A DNA stretch of 53,411 bases. Source: a virus. Taxonomy: Duplodnaviria; Caudoviricetes. The stretch lies in IMG/VR virus record IMGVR_UViG_3300034121_000706, positions 1-53,411 of that record; one strand, given 5' to 3'. How positions within the stretch are numbered: position 1 is the first letter of the stretch; every line of letters begins with the position of its first letter. The position numbers and the translations under genes were made by a program. A model generated the notes under the pieces. The model was not told where the DNA came from. It ran no database searches and saw only the letters and a program-made list of their open reading frames with translations. Shown here piece by piece: positions 49,879 to 53,411 of this stretch.

Positions 49879-50433
49879 ATGCAACTCAAAAAAGCAAAAG
49901 ATAATTGGGTTAATATTCCTTTTGATTATGAATATGAAATAACAAGATTCGGTCACGTTAGAAATATTAATACAGGAAACGTAATAAGGCATTTTACCAA
50001 TAGAGGTGGATATAAGTATTGCACAGTAAGCAACAGTGGTAGGAAAAGGAATATAATGATACATAGACTTATTGCACCTGTATTTATTCCAAATCCAAAT
50101 AATAAGCCATCTATTAATCACATTAATTGCAACAAAACAGACAACAGAATAGAAAACTTAGAATGGTGTACGCCAAAAGAAAATGCAATACACGCAAGGC
50201 AGAATGGATTAACTGTAAATCCGCCTTCACAAAATGGAAAACTTGGTAAACTCAACAGTACATCAAAGCCAGTAAGGCAGATAGATTTATCCGGCAATAT
50301 TATTCGTGATTATGATTGCGCAAGACAAGCTATGGAATACGGATTTACACCATCACATATTAGCAGATGTTGTAATGGAACAAAAGAAAAATACAAAGGA
50401 TATAAATGGACTTTCATAAATAAAAACAAATAA
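49879..50433 (+). CDS. NUMOD4-HNH-NUMOD1 homing endonuclease
   Basis: YEITRFGHVRN, HRLIA..FIPNP.NKP.INHIN.NK.DNR..NLEW, C-terminal NUMOD1-like domain. Confidence 0.92.
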   Translation: MQLKKAKDNWVNIPFDYEYEITRFGHVRNINTGNVIRHFTNRGGYKYCTVSNSGRKRNIMIHRLIAPVFIPNPNNKPSINHINCNKTDNRIENLEWCTPKENAIHARQNGLTVNPPSQNGKLGKLNSTSKPVRQIDLSGNIIRDYDCARQAMEYGFTPSHISRCCNGTKEKYKGYKWTFINKNK

Positions 50434-50437
50434 TAAA

Positions 50438-51385
50438 ATGGGAAAATTAAGACAGGCGACAAGAACAAGAGCCAAAATCAGATTAGGACTTTCAGCGGTT
50501 TCAGGTGGGGGTAAGACAATGAGTGCATTACTTATAGCTAAGGGTATTTGCGGTGATCTATCAAAAGTAGCATTAATAGACACAGAAAATGGAAGTGGTG
50601 ATTTATATGCACACTTAGGAAGCTATAACGTATTACCATTAGAACCCGATTTCACTCCTGAAAAATATATAAGTGCTATTCACGAATGCGAAAATGCCGG
50701 AATGGAAGTTATTATAATTGATTCCATAACGCATGAATGGGATGGCAAGGGCGGAATATTGGATATATCAAACTCAATGTCAGGGAACAGCTATACTAAT
50801 TGGGCAAAATTAACACCAAGACATCAAGCGTTTATTGATGCTATCCTACAATCAAAATGCCACATTATTACAACGGTAAGAAGAAAGCAGGATTACGAAA
50901 TGACAACCAATTCAAGTGGCAAGTTAGTTCCGCAAAAGGTTGGACTGAAAGAGGTAACAAGAGAAGGGTTTGAATATGAATTAACAATAAACTTAGAACT
51001 TGACACAAAGCACAATGCTTCTGCATCAAAAGACAGAACAGGTTTGTTTATTGGTAAGCCTGAATTTGTACCATCAGAAGAAACAGGGAAACTCATTAAA
51101 GATTGGTGCGAAACCGGTGTAGATGAAAGTACCGCCATTACAGACGCAGTTACAAAATTGGCTAACTGCAATACAGTAGATGAATTAAAAGCACTGAAAA
51201 TTGAATTACCTGACTTTGTGGTGAAATCACCAGTCTTTACCAAATCAGCAACAGAACGGTACAATGCTATTATAGCACAGTCACCGAAAGAACCGGCAGT
51301 AAATCAAGAATTAACCGAAGAAGAAAAGGCAGAGATAGCAAAGGAAGAAGCGGATTTATTTAGCAAACCCAAAAACAAGAAGTAA
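50438..51385 (+). CDS. AAA_24 / Sak4-like recombination ATPase
   Basis: SGGGKT Walker A, IDTENGS, IIIDSITHEW, FEYE, KDRT. Confidence 0.9.
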   Translation: MGKLRQATRTRAKIRLGLSAVSGGGKTMSALLIAKGICGDLSKVALIDTENGSGDLYAHLGSYNVLPLEPDFTPEKYISAIHECENAGMEVIIIDSITHEWDGKGGILDISNSMSGNSYTNWAKLTPRHQAFIDAILQSKCHIITTVRRKQDYEMTTNSSGKLVPQKVGLKEVTREGFEYELTINLELDTKHNASASKDRTGLFIGKPEFVPSEETGKLIKDWCETGVDESTAITDAVTKLANCNTVDELKALKIELPDFVVKSPVFTKSATERYNAIIAQSPKEPAVNQELTEEEKAEIAKEEADLFSKPKNKK

Positions 51386-51386
51386 T

Positions 51387-51557
51387 ATGCCAAAGGAATG
51401 CGAGGAATGTGACGGAACAGGTAAAGTATGTTATTCGTGCTGCGGTGACGACATAAAAGGAAATGACATTGATTTATGCCCTACCTGTTACGAGCATTGT
51501 AGCCTTGAAGAAGAAGATTGTGAATCGTGCAATGGAACAGGAATTATTGAAGATTAA
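51387..51557 (+). CDS. DnaJ-type zinc-finger mini-protein (56 aa)
   Basis: Hand-translated MPKECEECDGTG...CPTCYEHC...CESCNGTGIIED. Confidence 0.8.
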   Translation: MPKECEECDGTGKVCYSCCGDDIKGNDIDLCPTCYEHCSLEEEDCESCNGTGIIED

Positions 51558-51568
51558 AATAACCACCA

Positions 51569-51964
51569 ATGACAACCACAGAGCAAATAAATATGATTTA
51601 TTCAGACACACAAGGAAGCCTATACGTGCTGAAATCAGGTGCAGTGGAGTTATCTCTTAACTGCGAGAAAAGAACACGCAAATTAGGTCATTTTGGTACA
51701 CCGCCAAACGGTGTGTTGTCATACTATAAACATGAGAAAGAAAAAGATGTATTTCGTAAGACAAATGCATGGAGTATTAATTGGAATGTTATACAATACT
51801 TACCGAGTGACAGCAGTATGATAAACATTAAATCGGAAGGTGGTATTTACCGTATCAGTAAGGAGAAGGCATTGAAAATGGGTGAGTTCATGTTTTTTAA
51901 GAATGCCGGTATTGAGAAGAAGATTTACGTGCGGAAGATATTTTTTGATGTGGATGGGTTATAA
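51569..51964 (+). CDS. Hypothetical protein
   Basis: 131-aa ORF; its stop codon lies in the first TAAC of the array. Confidence 0.75.
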   Translation: MTTTEQINMIYSDTQGSLYVLKSGAVELSLNCEKRTRKLGHFGTPPNGVLSYYKHEKEKDVFRKTNAWSINWNVIQYLPSDSSMINIKSEGGIYRISKEKALKMGEFMFFKNAGIEKKIYVRKIFFDVDGL

Positions 51965-52080
51965 CGATTGGTGGCTTGGCGAAGTTGCCGAACACAAAAC
52001 TTCATTAGAATTACAAATTTTAAAATTAAGATAAAATGTCAATAGAAAACGAATACGGCAATTTTGCCAAACCGATGTTA
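51962..52080 (+). repeat. attC-like hairpin site A
   Basis: taacgattggtggcttggcgaagttgccg ... cggcaattttgccaaaccgatgtta, imperfect inverted repeat with unpaired bases. Confidence 0.8.
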
Positions 52081-52257
52081 GGCGAAGTGTATTTGGTTAA
52101 AAAAAATAAAAAGTTTATGAAAGGTCACGGATATAGCACATTAAATGGTTATAAATTTAATTGGACTTTTGATAAAAATGAAGCGAGGAAAATGGAGTAT
52201 TCAACTGCTAATAGTTTAGCTATATCAAGCGGTGGTTCTGTTTTACATTTCGCCTAA
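52036..52257 (+). CDS. Cassette-associated hypothetical protein
   Basis: Starts inside site A, ends at the TAA of the next TAAC. Confidence 0.7.
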   Translation: MSIENEYGNFAKPMLGEVYLVKKNKKFMKGHGYSTLNGYKFNWTFDKNEARKMEYSTANSLAISSGGSVLHFA

Positions 52258-52455
52258 CGATTTGCAGATTGGCGGTCGTTTTTTAACCAATTAAATAAAC
52301 GAAAATGGAATTACAAACAGCAATAGAAATACTTGAATACCATCAGGAATGGAGATTAGGTAAAAGAGAAGATATGATTCACGAACCTAAAAAACTGATA
52401 GAGGCTTTGGATATAGTACTAAGCGAGGTTAAAAAATTTCGCATAGGTGCTGTTA
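52255..52455 (+). repeat. attC-like site B (arms poorly matched, chimeric)
   Basis: Left arm resembles site E, right arm taggtgctgtta shared with site C. Confidence 0.6.
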
Positions 52456-52556
52456 GCGGTTCGTTGCTTGATGATAAGTGGAAACAATATAGAAATATTA
52501 CTAATAATGAAGATGCTTGGTGCTTTAAAGAGTGGTTAAAAAGCAATGACCGCTAA
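52305..52556 (+). CDS. Cassette-associated hypothetical protein
   Basis: Starts inside site B, ends at the TAA of the next TAAC. Confidence 0.7.
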   Translation: MELQTAIEILEYHQEWRLGKREDMIHEPKKLIEALDIVLSEVKKFRIGAVSGSLLDDKWKQYRNITNNEDAWCFKEWLKSNDR

Positions 52557-52679
52557 CGGTTCGCAGCTAAACGAGGTGGCTGATTATACCTCGAAACTTT
52601 AATTAAAGGAACAAAATTATGAATATAGACAAAACTCAATCAGAAGCAGAAAGCCAGCCATCTTGTTTAGGTGCTGTTA
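52554..52679 (+). repeat. attC-like hairpin site C
   Basis: taacggttcgcagctaaacgaggtggctg ... cagccatcttgtttaggtgctgtta. Confidence 0.8.
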
Positions 52680-52912
52680 TGCGTAGTGTTTCTGATGTTA
52701 TCAAAGAAGGTAGTATAGTTTGGGTAAAATCATCTAACCAACAAATTCATTGTGGAAGGGTGGATAAACTTTATCCCGAAACAAATGAAGCAATGGTATT
52801 TAATTTTGATGCTTGGACACATTGGCAAGTATCTTATGATAATATTGTAAGAGTAGGGGTAAAACATTTTAACGGTGATGGGTACAATGATTGGATGTCT
52901 AGGCTTCCTTAA
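52619..52912 (+). CDS. Cassette-associated small SH3/KOW-like protein
   Basis: Starts inside site C; IKEGSIVWV...GRVDKL beta-barrel pattern. Confidence 0.7.
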   Translation: MNIDKTQSEAESQPSCLGAVMRSVSDVIKEGSIVWVKSSNQQIHCGRVDKLYPETNEAMVFNFDAWTHWQVSYDNIVRVGVKHFNGDGYNDWMSRLP

Positions 52913-53034
52913 CATTACGCATAACTAATCGCTAACACTTTAAAATGTACGCACAAATAAAGCCTACAACGTTTATTAGAAATGCTATAAGAGATATGGA
53001 AAGTGAATTGCGTAGTCGGTATTAGAATTACCGC

Positions 53035-53083
53035 TAACGTTCCTCAGATTGGCGGTCGTTTTAATGCTGCCAATGTGCTGTTA
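53035..53083 (+). repeat. Short attC-like hairpin site E (49 bp)
   Basis: taacgttcctcagattggcggt ... gctgccaatgtgctgtta. Confidence 0.75.
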
Positions 53084-53110
53084 TATTTAGGTTTTTAAAA
53101 CTTTAGACAA

Positions 53111-53311
53111 ATGACATTAAAAGAATTAAGAGAAAAAAGAAAGAAAGCAGAACCATTTTTTAGCGATTGCTGCAAAAAAAGTTTTGTTGGAAAAAGTAAT
53201 GGTTTATACACATACTATGTTTGTGAATGTGGCAAAAAAACAACACCAATAAACGGCAAAGGAAAAATGCTTGATTTATACGGATTAGTTAAACGAGTTT
53301 TAAAAACTTGA
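53111..53311 (+). CDS. Cassette-associated small Cys/Zn-binding protein
   Basis: SDCC...YVCECGK; wholly enclosed between 23-bp inverted repeats. Confidence 0.7.
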   Translation: MTLKELREKRKKAEPFFSDCCKKSFVGKSNGLYTYYVCECGKKTTPINGKGKMLDLYGLVKRVLKT

Positions 53312-53355
53312 ATATAACGATTAACAGATTTATTTAGTTTATTAATTTATATATC

Positions 53356-53411
53356 ATGGAAGAAATAAAGAAAATATTTGAAGAAATAATGGATTATCAG
53401 ATGAATAATGT
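53356..53411 (+). CDS. Partial ORF in next array unit
   Basis: ATG at 53356 after TAAC 53315; runs off window. Confidence 0.5.
   Translation, partial: MEEIKKIFEEIMDYQMNN

Larger units (their letters stand above)
1..53411. mobile_element. Bacteroidota phage genome segment, crAss-like structural module
   Basis: Terminase-portal-ejection proteins-scaffold-capsid-ring-muzzle synteny, TAnnTTTG promoter elements, AT-rich SD-less translation starts and no host housekeeping genes. Confidence 0.93.

Noticed and set aside
51463-51660. 65-aa ORF from the track
   Set aside because: Overlaps the zinc-finger gene and the 51569 gene in another frame
1-53411. Stop-codon reassignment as in some crAss-like phages
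   Set aside because: Standard code gives long, densely packed ORFs; TAA, TAG and TGA all end genes

Overview
This window is an AT-rich stretch of a tailed dsDNA phage of Bacteroidota with a crAss-like (podovirus) structural module. Positions 1-39662 are mostly on the minus strand and carry a C5 DNA methyltransferase, a GP88-like protein, terminase, portal, ejected/internal virion proteins including a 3770-aa polyvalent protein (ART-like and zincin domains, no recognisable RNA polymerase), scaffold, major capsid, ring/tail proteins and fibres. The 1448-aa muzzle-like gene is the only large structural gene on the plus strand. Positions ~39.7-42.0 kb form a control region with a XerCD dif-like site, a RepL-like gene and short repeats. 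Positions 42.0-53.4 kb are plus-strand early/middle genes. The most striking unexplained structure is at 51958-53411: an integron-like array of attC-like TAAC...GTTA hairpins alternating with small segments bounded by their own inverted repeats, with ORFs reading across the putative crossover points and no integrase in the window. All product calls come from motif recognition and synteny by eye; no database search was run.
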